Source: Candidatus Eiseniibacteriota bacterium
GTDB taxonomy: Bacteria; Eisenbacteria; RBG-16-71-46; CAVPCR01
Length of the DNA stretch: 64,000 bases
NCBI GenBank assembly: GCA_963702435.1
Contig: CAVPCR010000005.1
Span: 192,001 to 256,000 of the forward strand
Reading direction: 5' to 3'
Position numbers and translations under genes: made by a program. This document shows, piece by piece, positions 55,279-64,000 of the stretch; position 1 is the first letter of the stretch; each line of letters starts with the position of its first letter. The notes beneath the pieces are model-generated. The model saw only the letters and a program-made list of their open reading frames with translations. It had not been told where the DNA came from and made no database searches.

Positions 55279-56400
55279 CTAGGGCCCCGCGTTCCCGAGC
55301 GGCGCCTGCCCCACCGCCTCTTCGAGCCGGTCCTCGATCTGGTCGGTGATGCCGAGGCCCGGCGCCGGCGAGGGGTAAAGCACCCCGTTTCTGAGCTTCA
55401 GGATCCCGGCGGCCGGGTCGCCGATGAGATCGATGTGCCCGTCGAGATCCGCCGCGACGACCCCCGGGCGGGCGAGGGCAACGGCGAGGCCCGCGGCGAT
55501 GCCGAGCTCCGACTCGTCCATGCAGCCCACCATCACCGAGCAGTCTGCCGAGCGGCCGACCGAGATCGCCTGCAGGGCCGCGAGGATGCCGCCGCACTTC
55601 ATGAGCTTCACGTTGACGAGATCGGCCAGGCGCCCGCGCGCCACCCGGAACGCGTCGAACAGGTTCAAGAGCGATTCGTCGGCCATCACCGGCACCGGGC
55701 TCTTCCGCTGCACGGTGCGGAGATCGCGCAGCGCGGCGCGCGGCGTCGGCTGCTCGATCATCTCGAGGTTCGCCGCCTTCGAGTGCTCGATGAGGACGAG
55801 AGTCTGATCGGCGTCGTAGGCCTGGTTGGCATCGAAGCGGAGTCGGATGCGCGACCCCACGGCCTCGCGGGTCGCGAGGAGCCGCTCGATGTCTTCGTCG
55901 AGATCGCGCCCGCCCTTGATCTTGAGCGCGCGAAAGCCCTGTTTCACCCGCGCGCGCGCCTCGGCCACCGTCTCCTTGCAGCTCGAGATCCCGATCGTGA
56001 TCGAGGTCATGATGCGGGTGCGATAGCCGCCGAGGAGCTGGTAGAGCGGCAGCCCGGCCCGCTTGGCGAGGAGATCCCACATCGCCATCTCGACCGCCGC
56101 GCGCGCCGCGGGCTCCCGCGGCGCGAGGCGTTCGAGCCCCACGGCGAGCCGGACGACCCGGGTCGGCTCGGCGCCGATCACATGCGGGCGGATGACCTGG
56201 TCGATCGCGGACGCCGATTGCTCGAGCGCTTCGCCGGTGACCGCCTCGTCCGGAGCGGCGATCCCCCAGCCCGCGCGGCCCCGCTCGTCGACGACCCGGA
56301 CCAGGATGTTCTCGGCGGCGAACACGGTCTCGTAGGCGATCGCATAGGGCTGGCTGAGCGGCATGCGGAGGCGGGCGACATCCAGGCTCTTGATCCCCAT
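55279..56400 (-). CDS. Enolase-superfamily dipeptide epimerase / N-acyl-amino-acid racemase
   Basis: KIKGG, FDANQ, IEQP, ADES, NVKLMKCGG, GCMDES and DLDG. Confidence 0.9.
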   Translation of the reverse strand: MGIKSLDVARLRMPLSQPYAIAYETVFAAENILVRVVDERGRAGWGIAAPDEAVTGEALEQSASAIDQVIRPHVIGAEPTRVVRLAVGLERLAPREPAARAAVEMAMWDLLAKRAGLPLYQLLGGYRTRIMTSITIGISSCKETVAEARARVKQGFRALKIKGGRDLDEDIERLLATREAVGSRIRLRFDANQAYDADQTLVLIEHSKAANLEMIEQPTPRAALRDLRTVQRKSPVPVMADESLLNLFDAFRVARGRLADLVNVKLMKCGGILAALQAISVGRSADCSVMVGCMDESELGIAAGLAVALARPGVVAADLDGHIDLIGDPAAGILKLRNGVLYPSPAPGLGITDQIEDRLEEAVGQAPLGNAGP

Positions 56401-56452
56401 CAGCTCCTCACCACCCTTCGCCTGACACCCCGCCTCGCCGCTCGCTGCCCCA

Positions 56453-58909
56453 TCACACGTTCCGCCGGTTGTGCAGCTCCTCGAGGCGGAGGCCCTTCAG
56501 GTCCTCGAGAAACGCCGCCAGGTGATCGATCATGATCGCCCACAGCTTCTCCCCCTTCTCGCGGCTCGCGCGCGTCGGATCGCCGAGCACGCCCGAGTCG
56601 GAGAAGCGAGCGGTGCGCGCGTACCACTCGACCGAGTTGCGCTCGGTGAAGTCCAGGTACTTCGAGGAGAAGCGCGGCACCGAGCGCCGGAGGCGGTCGG
56701 TGCGCACGAGGTGGGGCCGCGTGGCGAGCGAGGTCGAGGTCTCGAACTCGCCGCCGTGCACATCGTTCGATGTCTCGATGTACGCCTGCACCTCGGCGTC
56801 CGAGGTCTCGCCGGAGTCGACGCAAGTGAAGATGCGCGCGTCGCGATTCACGAGCTGCGCCGCGTAGCGGAGCGCCGGCACGTTGCCGCCGTGGCCGTTG
56901 ACGATGACGAACTTGGTGATGCCGTGCCGGGCCACCGACATGCCGACCTCGACGACGAGACGTGAGAGTATGTCGGGACTGACGGCGACCGTGCCCGGGA
57001 AGTCCATGTGGTGATAGGCGACGCCGTAGGCGATCGTCGGGAGCACGAGCGGGCGCGGTGCTCTCACCCGGCGCGCCGCCTCGATCGCCAGGTACTCGGC
57101 GTCGTAGGTATCGGTGTCGAGGGAGAGATGCGGCCCGTGCTGCTCGGTCGAACCGACCGGGAGCAGGGCGATCTCCGCGGCGCGGAAGCGATCCCGCGCC
57201 TCCTCCCAGGTCATGTGCGCGACCAGGATGTCGGAGAGATCGCCCGCCGCGCGCGGCGCCGGCTTCCGCTCGGCGCGGGCCGGCTCCCTGCCGGCGCGCG
57301 CGGAGGTCCGCGGCGCGGGCTGGCGCGGCGCGCGGTCCGTTCCGCCCGCCGCGTCCGCCGCCCCCGCGGGCGACCGGCCGAGCTCCGCGCCGAGCGTCGT
57401 CCGCCGCCACTCTTGCCCGGCGCGGCGGAGGAGCCCGTCCGCGTGCCGGCTCATGAGCGAGACGAGCGGCCGGCGGAGATCGCCCGGGATCGCGCTGAGC
57501 GGCGAGCGCCCGGGGTCGACGCGGAGCGCGAGCACCTCGGGGCGCGCCGCGGCGCGCGCGCCTGCGATCGACCCCCCGGGAAGATCGCCGCGTTTCTTCA
57601 GGAGCCAGGCCGTGTGCGCGACGGCCGGCGCTTCCTGGCTCAACCCGTGCTCGCCGAGAACGGCGAGGATCCTGGCGACGTCCTGCTCGTCGTACCCGAG
57701 GAGGCGCGGATCGACCCCGAGCGCGCGCGCCATCGCCACCACGCGCCGGCATTTCTCGCAGGTTCCGCACGGGCGCACCCGATCGCCCTCGACGTGCGTG
57801 GCATGGCAGGAGACCTGGAGCGAGAGGAGCTCCGGATAGCGCTCGGCGAGCACCTTCTCGACCAGGAGCTCGGAGCAGTTCCGCAGCAGCGAGGTCTGGT
57901 CGATGGCGAGGCCCTTGTCGCGGTAGAAACGGCTCAGCATCAGGTCGAAGTAGATGCTCTGGTCGAAGAGCCCGTGGAAGTGGGGCACGCCTTCCCGCTT
58001 CGACATCTGGGTCGTGTCGTACTCGTCGCCGATCAGGAGACGGCCGATCCGGCGCGCGGCGAGGACGGGAAGCGCGGCGAACACGAACACCGCCACCGTC
58101 CACAGCCGGATCGGGTACTGGTCGGAGCGGACGCGCGCGAAATCGGCGCGCACGAAGGGCAGCTGCCGGAGCATGAAGTTGAACATACGATCGGCGCTGG
58201 TCCACACGCGCGCGGTCTCCGGCACCCGCGCCTGGAACCAGCGGTAGGCGTTGAGCGCGGTGAACCAGTGACGGCCCGACTCGTTGATGAAGATCGGATG
58301 CGTCTCGACGCCGAGCTCGCGGAGGAGGCCGTAGGTGAGGAGGCTCTCCTTGCCGCCGGAGGAGAGCACGCCGTGCCGCCGCGCCTCGCCCGCGCCGTGG
58401 GTGATCGGCCCGGCCATGTCGGCCGTGATTCGCGCCCGCAAGTAATCGCGCCTTGGGACAAACTCTTGCGAGGTGATCCGCGGATCGAGGAAGGGATTCG
58501 GCGCCGCGATCTTGTGCACGTAGATCTCGCGCGCGGTGTTGCGGGCGGCCGCGGTCAGGAACTCGATGTCGGTGGCGTCGAGGAGTCCCTCGAGGACGAT
58601 CTCGCGCGCGAAGAGACCGTAGTTGAGAGCGACCTGGGCGGCGGCGAGAGCGGCCAGGTTCTCGGAGGCCGGATCGCCCGACTGGAAGACGTCTTCCTCG
58701 TAGGCGAAACCCATCTCGCCGCGACTGCTGGCGCCGTTGCGGGAAACCGCGATGAGCTGCGCGGTCGCGCGGCGGCGCTCGATGCGCGGCCGGGTGACGA
58801 TGAGCTTGTCGAGGACGAGGAGACGCTCGAAGACGGCATCCGCCGCCGGAGCCTTCGCCGCCCGCGCCGTCCTCACCCCCCTCGCCGGCGCCGCCTTCCG
58901 CCTAGCCAT
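56453..58909 (-). CDS. Fusion: PP-loop ATP-utilising (MurL/QueC-like) domain plus creatininase-family amidohydrolase
   Basis: N-part SSGGKESLL, SLLRNCSE and SCH...CGTCEKC. C-part LPVGSTEQHGPHL..DTD, HH.DFPGT, NGHGGN, HGGEFETS and GVLGDP. Confidence 0.8.
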   Translation of the reverse strand: MARRKAAPARGVRTARAAKAPAADAVFERLLVLDKLIVTRPRIERRRATAQLIAVSRNGASSRGEMGFAYEEDVFQSGDPASENLAALAAAQVALNYGLFAREIVLEGLLDATDIEFLTAAARNTAREIYVHKIAAPNPFLDPRITSQEFVPRRDYLRARITADMAGPITHGAGEARRHGVLSSGGKESLLTYGLLRELGVETHPIFINESGRHWFTALNAYRWFQARVPETARVWTSADRMFNFMLRQLPFVRADFARVRSDQYPIRLWTVAVFVFAALPVLAARRIGRLLIGDEYDTTQMSKREGVPHFHGLFDQSIYFDLMLSRFYRDKGLAIDQTSLLRNCSELLVEKVLAERYPELLSLQVSCHATHVEGDRVRPCGTCEKCRRVVAMARALGVDPRLLGYDEQDVARILAVLGEHGLSQEAPAVAHTAWLLKKRGDLPGGSIAGARAAARPEVLALRVDPGRSPLSAIPGDLRRPLVSLMSRHADGLLRRAGQEWRRTTLGAELGRSPAGAADAAGGTDRAPRQPAPRTSARAGREPARAERKPAPRAAGDLSDILVAHMTWEEARDRFRAAEIALLPVGSTEQHGPHLSLDTDTYDAEYLAIEAARRVRAPRPLVLPTIAYGVAYHHMDFPGTVAVSPDILSRLVVEVGMSVARHGITKFVIVNGHGGNVPALRYAAQLVNRDARIFTCVDSGETSDAEVQAYIETSNDVHGGEFETSTSLATRPHLVRTDRLRRSVPRFSSKYLDFTERNSVEWYARTARFSDSGVLGDPTRASREKGEKLWAIMIDHLAAFLEDLKGLRLEELHNRRNV

Positions 58910-60065
58910 CGGCCCTCCCCGTCGCGGGCGCCGGTGCGAGCTCGGGGTAGCGGCCCACGAGCTCCGCGATCACGCGCTCGGGTCCGTCCACGAGCACGTC
59001 CACCACCGGCCGCCCGACCTCGCCCTCGAGTCGACGGGCGGTCGCGGCGATCGCGTCCGCCGCGAGCCCCTCGTGGTTCAGCGTGATCGCGACGACCGGA
59101 CGGCCCGAGATCTCCTCGACCAGCCGGATGTGTCGATCGAGCGGTCCGATCGGGAAACCGGGGAATCCGTCGTGATCGATGCGCGCCGGAGCATGCTGCA
59201 GGATGACCGCCCGCGGCCGGCCCGCGGCGAGGAGCTCGAACCCGCCCGGATAGGCGGGATTCAGGAGGCTCCCCTGCCCCTCGAGGAGGATCACCTGCGG
59301 CCGCTCGGCATCCCACGCGCGGAGGACCGCGTGCTCGATCTCGCCGGCGACGAAGTCGTTCACGATCGAGTCGAGGAGGATCCCGTAGCGCGCACCCTGG
59401 AGCCATGCCGTCTGGCCGGTGCCGATCATGACCGTCCGGATGCCGCGCGCGTTGAGTCCGTGCTCGAGGATGGTCGCGGTCGTGCGCTTGCCGACGGCCG
59501 AGTCGGTGCCGAGGACGGCGACGATCACCGCACGCACCTCGGCGATGCGGCCGGTGAAGAAGTGGAGCTCGCGGGTCGGCTTCGGCTTCCGGATATCGCG
59601 GAGGACGACTCCATGCGCAGCGGCGAGGGCCGCGAGCTCGGGCTCGTCGCTCAGGTAATCATGGAGGCCCGAGTCCACGTGGAGCCCCTGGCGGATGGCG
59701 GCCACCACGGTCGCGCGCGCCGCGGGCGGAAGGCGACCGCCGTCGGGCGCGAGCCCGATCACGAGATGCGTGAGCGCCGCGCCCCGCGCGCGCGCCGCTC
59801 GGGCCGCCTGGTCGAGCGAGCCGACGAGCGGGATCCCGGCCGGCCGGCCGTCGAGCACCTCTCCGGCGTCGCGGCCGTCGAGGCGGGAGTCGATGACCGC
59901 GGCAATGTCGTAGCGACGTGTGTGGCGCACGAGGCCGTGCGCGGTCTTTCCGTTCGGCGTGCCGAAGGCGCCCTCGCAATAGACGACGGCGGTGCCGTCC
60001 CGCGCTGAGGCTCCGTTCCACGCAGCGATGCCGTCCGCGGCCGCCTCTCGGCCGGCGCTCGCCAT
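58902..60065 (-). CDS. DUF1611 family protein (DgcN-like)
   Basis: GKTAHGLVR, SGLHDYL, GTDSAVGKRTT, GTGQT, DFVAG and EGQGSL. Confidence 0.88.
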   Translation of the reverse strand: MASAGREAAADGIAAWNGASARDGTAVVYCEGAFGTPNGKTAHGLVRHTRRYDIAAVIDSRLDGRDAGEVLDGRPAGIPLVGSLDQAARAARARGAALTHLVIGLAPDGGRLPPAARATVVAAIRQGLHVDSGLHDYLSDEPELAALAAAHGVVLRDIRKPKPTRELHFFTGRIAEVRAVIVAVLGTDSAVGKRTTATILEHGLNARGIRTVMIGTGQTAWLQGARYGILLDSIVNDFVAGEIEHAVLRAWDAERPQVILLEGQGSLLNPAYPGGFELLAAGRPRAVILQHAPARIDHDGFPGFPIGPLDRHIRLVEEISGRPVVAITLNHEGLAADAIAATARRLEGEVGRPVVDVLVDGPERVIAELVGRYPELAPAPATGRADG

Positions 60066-60070
60066 GGCCG

Positions 60071-61096
60071 CTAACCCCGCCGTCCGGTGAGAACGACGAC
60101 GTAGCGGTCGGGGGGCAGCGGGCTCTGCGCGTGGCCCTTGAGCAGGACGGCGAGCGCCGAGGTCGAGGCCGGCAGCACGTCGAGCCCCTCGCGCTCGCGG
60201 AGGAGCCGGGCGTGCGCGAGCATGGCCTTGTCGGTGGCATCCCCCGCCCAGCCGCCGGAGGAACGGATCGCATCGAGCGCGATCTGGCCGTCGAAGGCGT
60301 GCCAGTTGACGAGCGGTTCGTTGATCCCGGTCTCCTTGGCGTCGGCGGGATCGAGATCCACGCACTCCGGCAGGTTGTTGACGAAGGAGCGCACGATCGG
60401 ATTCTTGCGATAGGTGGACGCGCCGATCATGCGCGGCACGCGCGAGATCTTGCCGCGGCGCTCGAGGCGAATGAAACCGTGGTGGATCCCGGCGAGGGTG
60501 GTGCCGTTCGAGACCGGCACCGCTACCGCCGCCGGGGCGTCGCGCAGCTCGTCGAAGATCTCGTAGGCGATTCCCGCGTAGGCCTCGAGCTGCAGGTCGC
60601 CGTTCTCCGATCCCGGGTTGGCGTCGTACCACTCGTGGATGGCGGCACGCTCGCGGCTCATCATGACCGCGTCTTCGTAAGTGCCGGGGACGCGGAACAC
60701 GTGCGTGCCGGCGGCCTCCATCTCTGAGGCCCGCCGCGTCGAGAAGCTCTCGGGCACGAAGGCGATCGAGCGCATCTTGGCCGCGCGCGCCGCATAGCCG
60801 ATGGCGGCTCCGAAGTTGCCGCAGGTGGCGACGGTGATGACCTCGTAGCCGCGGCGGAGCGCATCGCGCACCATGGTGAAAGCGACGCGGTCCTTCTGCG
60901 TGCCGGTCGGGTTCCCGCCCTCGAACTTGAGGTAGATCTGGCGAAGACCGGTCTCGCGCTCGAGGTTGCGTGCGCGCTGCAGCGTGGTGTCGCCGACCTC
61001 GGCATCGACGAAGTCGTCGAACGCCTCGAGAGCCTTGGTGAGTGCGGCGTGATCGGGCCGCGGGGCGAGGGGGCTCAGCCGTTCTTGTGTCGTCAC
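60071..61096 (-). CDS. PLP-dependent fold-type II enzyme (threonine synthase-like)
   Basis: LKFEGGNPTGTQKDR (PLP Lys), ATCGNFG, VPVSNGTTLAG and VVLTG. Confidence 0.88.
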   Translation of the reverse strand: MTTQERLSPLAPRPDHAALTKALEAFDDFVDAEVGDTTLQRARNLERETGLRQIYLKFEGGNPTGTQKDRVAFTMVRDALRRGYEVITVATCGNFGAAIGYAARAAKMRSIAFVPESFSTRRASEMEAAGTHVFRVPGTYEDAVMMSRERAAIHEWYDANPGSENGDLQLEAYAGIAYEIFDELRDAPAAVAVPVSNGTTLAGIHHGFIRLERRGKISRVPRMIGASTYRKNPIVRSFVNNLPECVDLDPADAKETGINEPLVNWHAFDGQIALDAIRSSGGWAGDATDKAMLAHARLLREREGLDVLPASTSALAVLLKGHAQSPLPPDRYVVVLTGRRG

Positions 61097-61210
61097 GCAT
61101 CCTCCGCTCGCACCCGGCGCGAGGAGGCCGGGACCGAGCCGGGTGTGAGCCAGGCGATCGCGGCGGGCAGATCCCGGTGAGCCCGAGCGCCGTGCCCGCG
61201 ACGGCGAATC

Positions 61211-61238
61211 ATTGTGCCCGACTGGCGCTCCAGGTCAA
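61211..61238 (-). promoter_or_regulatory. sigma70-like promoter of the PLP/DUF1611 operon
   Basis: TTGACC-N16-CACAAT. Confidence 0.5.
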
Positions 61239-61330
61239 GCATCGCCTCGCCTGCCGCGGCCGATTCCGGACCGCGGGGCGTGCGGCGGCCGCCGGGCAGC
61301 GGCCCCGGAGAGAAACGGCCCCAGAGAGAA

Positions 61331-61381
61331 GCGGCGTCCGCGGCGGCGCGGCGTCCGCGGCGGCGCGGCGTCCGCGGCGGC
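61331..61381. repeat. 17-bp x3 GC tandem repeat
   Basis: gcggcgtccgcggcggc at 61331, 61348 and 61365. Confidence 0.9.
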
Positions 61382-61407
61382 GCGCGGCGGGACAGCCGGC
61401 GGCAGCG

Positions 61408-61716
61408 TCAGGTCCGGAGCTTCCGCCCGACGCGCTTCTCGACGCCTTCGACCTTCGCGGCGAGCCGCGACGCCGTCCCCTTCCGGTAGTCCACCTTGAT
61501 CGAGACCGTGACCCGCTCCGAGTCCGCGCTCACGCGCTCGAAGCAGCGCTTGACGACACCGAACACCTCGTCCCAGGTGCCCTCGAGCACGGTGCCCATC
61601 GGGCCGAAGCGGTACTCGACGCCGCTCTCGTCGACCAGGTCGAGGCACCGCGCGACCTCGGCGCCGATGCTCGGCCCCTTGTCGAGGGGAACCAGACTGA
61701 ACTCGAGCATGATCAT
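61408..61716 (-). CDS. MTH1187 / thiamine-binding family protein
   Basis: LEFSLVPL, YRFGPMGTVLEG, IKVDYR and KVEGVE. Confidence 0.88.
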   Translation of the reverse strand: MIMLEFSLVPLDKGPSIGAEVARCLDLVDESGVEYRFGPMGTVLEGTWDEVFGVVKRCFERVSADSERVTVSIKVDYRKGTASRLAAKVEGVEKRVGRKLRT

Positions 61717-61769
61717 GGTTACCAGGCCTCCTTGCCGCGCCGGCCGGGCTTGAGCCCGGGGGGGCTCGC

Positions 61770-61799
61770 TTGACCGCGGCCGCAGGCCTACCGTACCAT
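61770..61799 (+). promoter_or_regulatory. sigma70-like promoter of mqnC
   Basis: TTGACC-N18-TACCAT. Confidence 0.5.
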
Positions 61800-61871
61800 G
61801 CCGTCCTCCGAGTGATCTCCTGCCCGAGGCGGCGAGCGCCGCATCCGCTCGGTCCCCCGCAGAGGAGTCCC

Positions 61872-63047
61872 GTGGCCCACGACGCCGCTCCATCCCTCAT
61901 CCGGCCGGCGGGCGCCGATCCGGCCTCGGCCCCTGCCGGCGCATCCGGTGTCGCCGCGCCCGGCGAGCGCCTGTCGCCGGCCGCCGCCGACCGCCTCTGG
62001 GCGGAGGCGCCGACCGCCGAACTCCGCCGGCGCGCGCACGAGCGCCGCCTGGCCCTGAACGCTCCGCATCGCGTCACCTATCTCGTCGACCGCAACATCA
62101 ACTACTCGAACGTCTGCATCACCGACTGCCAGTTCTGCGCCTTCTACCGCCCGCCCGGCCATCCCGAGGCCTACGTGAACTCGCGCGAGACGATCGGCGC
62201 GAAGATCGCCGAGCTCGTCGCCGCCGGCGGCACGCGCATCCTGATGCAGGGCGGACATCACCCCGAGCTCAGGCTCCCCTGGTACGAGGATCTCCTGACC
62301 TGGATCCGCCTCGCGTTCCCGTCGATCGAGATCAACGCCTTCTCGCCGTCCGAGATCGACCACATCGCGACGATCGAGGGGCTGAGCGCCGAGACCGTGC
62401 TCGCCCGCCTCGCCGCCGCCGGGCTCCGCGGCCTGCCGGGCGGCGGCGCCGAGATCCTCGACGACGAGGTGCGGGCGCGCGTGAGCCCGAAGAAGCAGAA
62501 GACCGCCGGCTGGCTCGAGGTGATGGCGATCGCGCAGCGGCTGGGCCTCACCACGACCGCCTCCATGGTCATCGGCTTCGGCGAGTCGGTGCGTGAGCGC
62601 CTGAACCACCTCGAGGCGCTGCGCGCGCACCAGGATCGCGCGCTTGCGACCCACGGCAACGGATTCACCGCCCTCATCGTGTGGACCGCGCAGTTCGAGA
62701 ACACGAGCCTCGGCGCGTCCCGCCTCCGCCCGAGTTTCGGCGCCGGCCGCGAGGAGTACCTGCGCCATCTGGCGCTCTCGCGGCTCTACCTCGACAACTT
62801 CGCCCATATCCAGGCGTCGTGGCCGACGATGGGGCCGGAAGTGGCGCAGGAAGCGCTCGCGTACGGGGCCGATGACTTCGGCTCGACGATGCTCGAGGAG
62901 AACGTGGTCTCGGCCGCCGGCACCGTGCGCACGCGGATGGATGCCGCCGAGATCCGGCGCTTCATCCGGGAGGCCGGCTTCGTGCCGGCGCAGCGCGACA
63001 GCCGCTACGCGATCCTCTGCGAATTCGCCGCGGAGGAGCGCGGCTAG
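61872..63047 (+). CDS. mqnC: Cyclic dehypoxanthinyl futalosine synthase (radical SAM)
   Basis: DRNINYSNVCITDCQFCAFYR, MQGGHHP, PGGGAEIL, QASW and GADDFGSTMLEENVVSAAG. GAGGAG RBS before the GTG. Confidence 0.88.
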   Translation: MAHDAAPSLIRPAGADPASAPAGASGVAAPGERLSPAAADRLWAEAPTAELRRRAHERRLALNAPHRVTYLVDRNINYSNVCITDCQFCAFYRPPGHPEAYVNSRETIGAKIAELVAAGGTRILMQGGHHPELRLPWYEDLLTWIRLAFPSIEINAFSPSEIDHIATIEGLSAETVLARLAAAGLRGLPGGGAEILDDEVRARVSPKKQKTAGWLEVMAIAQRLGLTTTASMVIGFGESVRERLNHLEALRAHQDRALATHGNGFTALIVWTAQFENTSLGASRLRPSFGAGREEYLRHLALSRLYLDNFAHIQASWPTMGPEVAQEALAYGADDFGSTMLEENVVSAAGTVRTRMDAAEIRRFIREAGFVPAQRDSRYAILCEFAAEERG

Positions 63048-63391
63048 CCCTTGCCGGACTCGCCCGGCGGGAAGCCGCCGTCCGGGATCCGGAGCCGGGC
63101 CACCGGCTCCCCCCGCTCGAGATGGCTCTCGATGATCTCGTCGACGTCCGCGAGCGTGACCCCGCCGTACCACACCTGCTCGGGATAGACGACGACGGTC
63201 GGCCCCAGCTCGCACGCATCGAGACAACCGCACTGATTGGCGCGGACCCGGGTCGCGAGACCGCGCCGGCGCACCTCGGCCTTGAACCGCTCGCGAATGG
63301 CGACCGAACCCTTCGCCGCGCACGAGCCGCGGACATGGCCGGCCGGGCGCTCGTTCACGCAAATGAAGACATGGCGCTCGTAACGTGGCAT
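63044..63391 (-). CDS. Thioredoxin-like [2Fe-2S] ferredoxin
   Basis: HVFICVNER...GSC and GCLDACELGPTVVVYPEQVWY. Confidence 0.9.
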   Translation of the reverse strand: MPRYERHVFICVNERPAGHVRGSCAAKGSVAIRERFKAEVRRRGLATRVRANQCGCLDACELGPTVVVYPEQVWYGGVTLADVDEIIESHLERGEPVARLRIPDGGFPPGESGKG

Positions 63392-63599
63392 GGGGTTGGT
63401 CTCCACGGTGTCTGGGGAGGGAGCCCGGATCATAGCGAAAGCGTCCGCCGAGGGGCAGCTGCCCCAGGCACCGGGCCCGGCGCGCGGCGAGCACGGGTGA
63501 ACTCGACTTCGCGCACGGAACTGCCGATAGGCAAGGGACCATGTCGACGCCCGCGCCGCTCCCAGATCCCGAGCCCGCAGGAGAGCCCCGGCCGGGCCC

Positions 63600-64000
63600 G
63601 TGCCTGCAGCGCCCGTGCCTGCAGCGCCCGCCTCGCCCGCGCCGGCACCGGCCGGGCCCGCGGCGGCACCCACGCCCGCCCGGCGGCTCGCCGCGCTTCG
63701 CGCCCACGTGGCGCCGCGCTGGCTCAACGCGCCGCCGCTTCTCGTCACGACCGCTGCCGAGGGCGCGCCGCCCGAGCTCCTGTTCATCGAGCCGGTGCTC
63801 GCCGATCGGGTGATCCTCCTCGTCTTCTGGGACATGACCTGCGCGCTCTCGCTCCGCACGGTCCCCTTCCTCGCCGCCTGGCACCGGCGCTACGCCCGCT
63901 TCGGGCTCACCATCATCGGCGTCCATGCCCCGGAGTTCGGCTTCGGCCGTGAGCGCGCCCACGTCGAGCGCGAGGTGGCGCGGCTCGGGATCACCTACCC
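63600..64000 (+). CDS. DipZ/TlpA-like redoxin (3'-partial)
   Basis: WLNAPPL, LLVFWDMTCALS, WHRRY and IIGVHAPEF. The start may instead be ATG 63541 with a frameshift. Confidence 0.72.
   Translation, partial: MPAAPVPAAPASPAPAPAGPAAAPTPARRLAALRAHVAPRWLNAPPLLVTTAAEGAPPELLFIEPVLADRVILLVFWDMTCALSLRTVPFLAAWHRRYARFGLTIIGVHAPEFGFGRERAHVEREVARLGITY

Noticed and set aside
61240..61410. TPP riboswitch near the thiamine-binding-family gene
   Set aside because: No CUGAGA core or aptamer structure seen, and the region is downstream of the gene and composed of GC repeats.
61872..63047. Radical SAM RiPP maturase or CofH
   Set aside because: Motifs (GSTMLEENVV) fit MqnC, with no SPASM domain or precursor peptide.

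Overview
A 64-kb, very GC-rich, gene-dense bacterial chromosomal segment with no rRNA, tRNA, CRISPR array or intact transposase visible. A secreted S8 protease ending in an FlgD-Ig-type domain, the DUF4402 pili and the futalosine pathway gene mqnC tentatively suggest an FCB-group lineage such as Eisenbacteria or Krumholzibacteriota (inference only). Contents in order: (1) central carbon genes (pyk 3' end, pgm, glgX, pgl, DHOD-like flavoprotein, nifJ/PFOR); (2) an RNA-metabolism patch (RNB nuclease, RRM protein, DEAD-box helicase); (3) an Omp85 gene divergent from a ~1030-aa protein with a predicted beta-rich region plus phospholipase D motifs; (4) a tricorn/HD/hydrolase/methyltransferase operon; (5) a two-component system, NmrA, GNAT, S9 peptidase and a lipoprotein; (6) a DUF4402 chaperone-usher pilus operon facing a sigma54-preceded mini-pilin-like gene; (7) a glycosylation locus (3 GT-C, 2 GT4, LegB-like, Rmd-like, nucleotidyltransferase); (8) an S8 protease; (9) a four-gene operon encoding a PLP enzyme, DUF1611, a MurL-like PP-loop/creatininase fusion and an enolase-family epimerase, which is the best candidate for an undescribed pathway; (10) mqnC, a ferredoxin and a partial redoxin. 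Short tandem duplications that contain the start codon recur at gene 5' ends. Several single-base frameshifts and one internal deletion are probably partly sequencing or assembly errors. Start codons were chosen by eye, and all family assignments come from motif recognition, not database searches.
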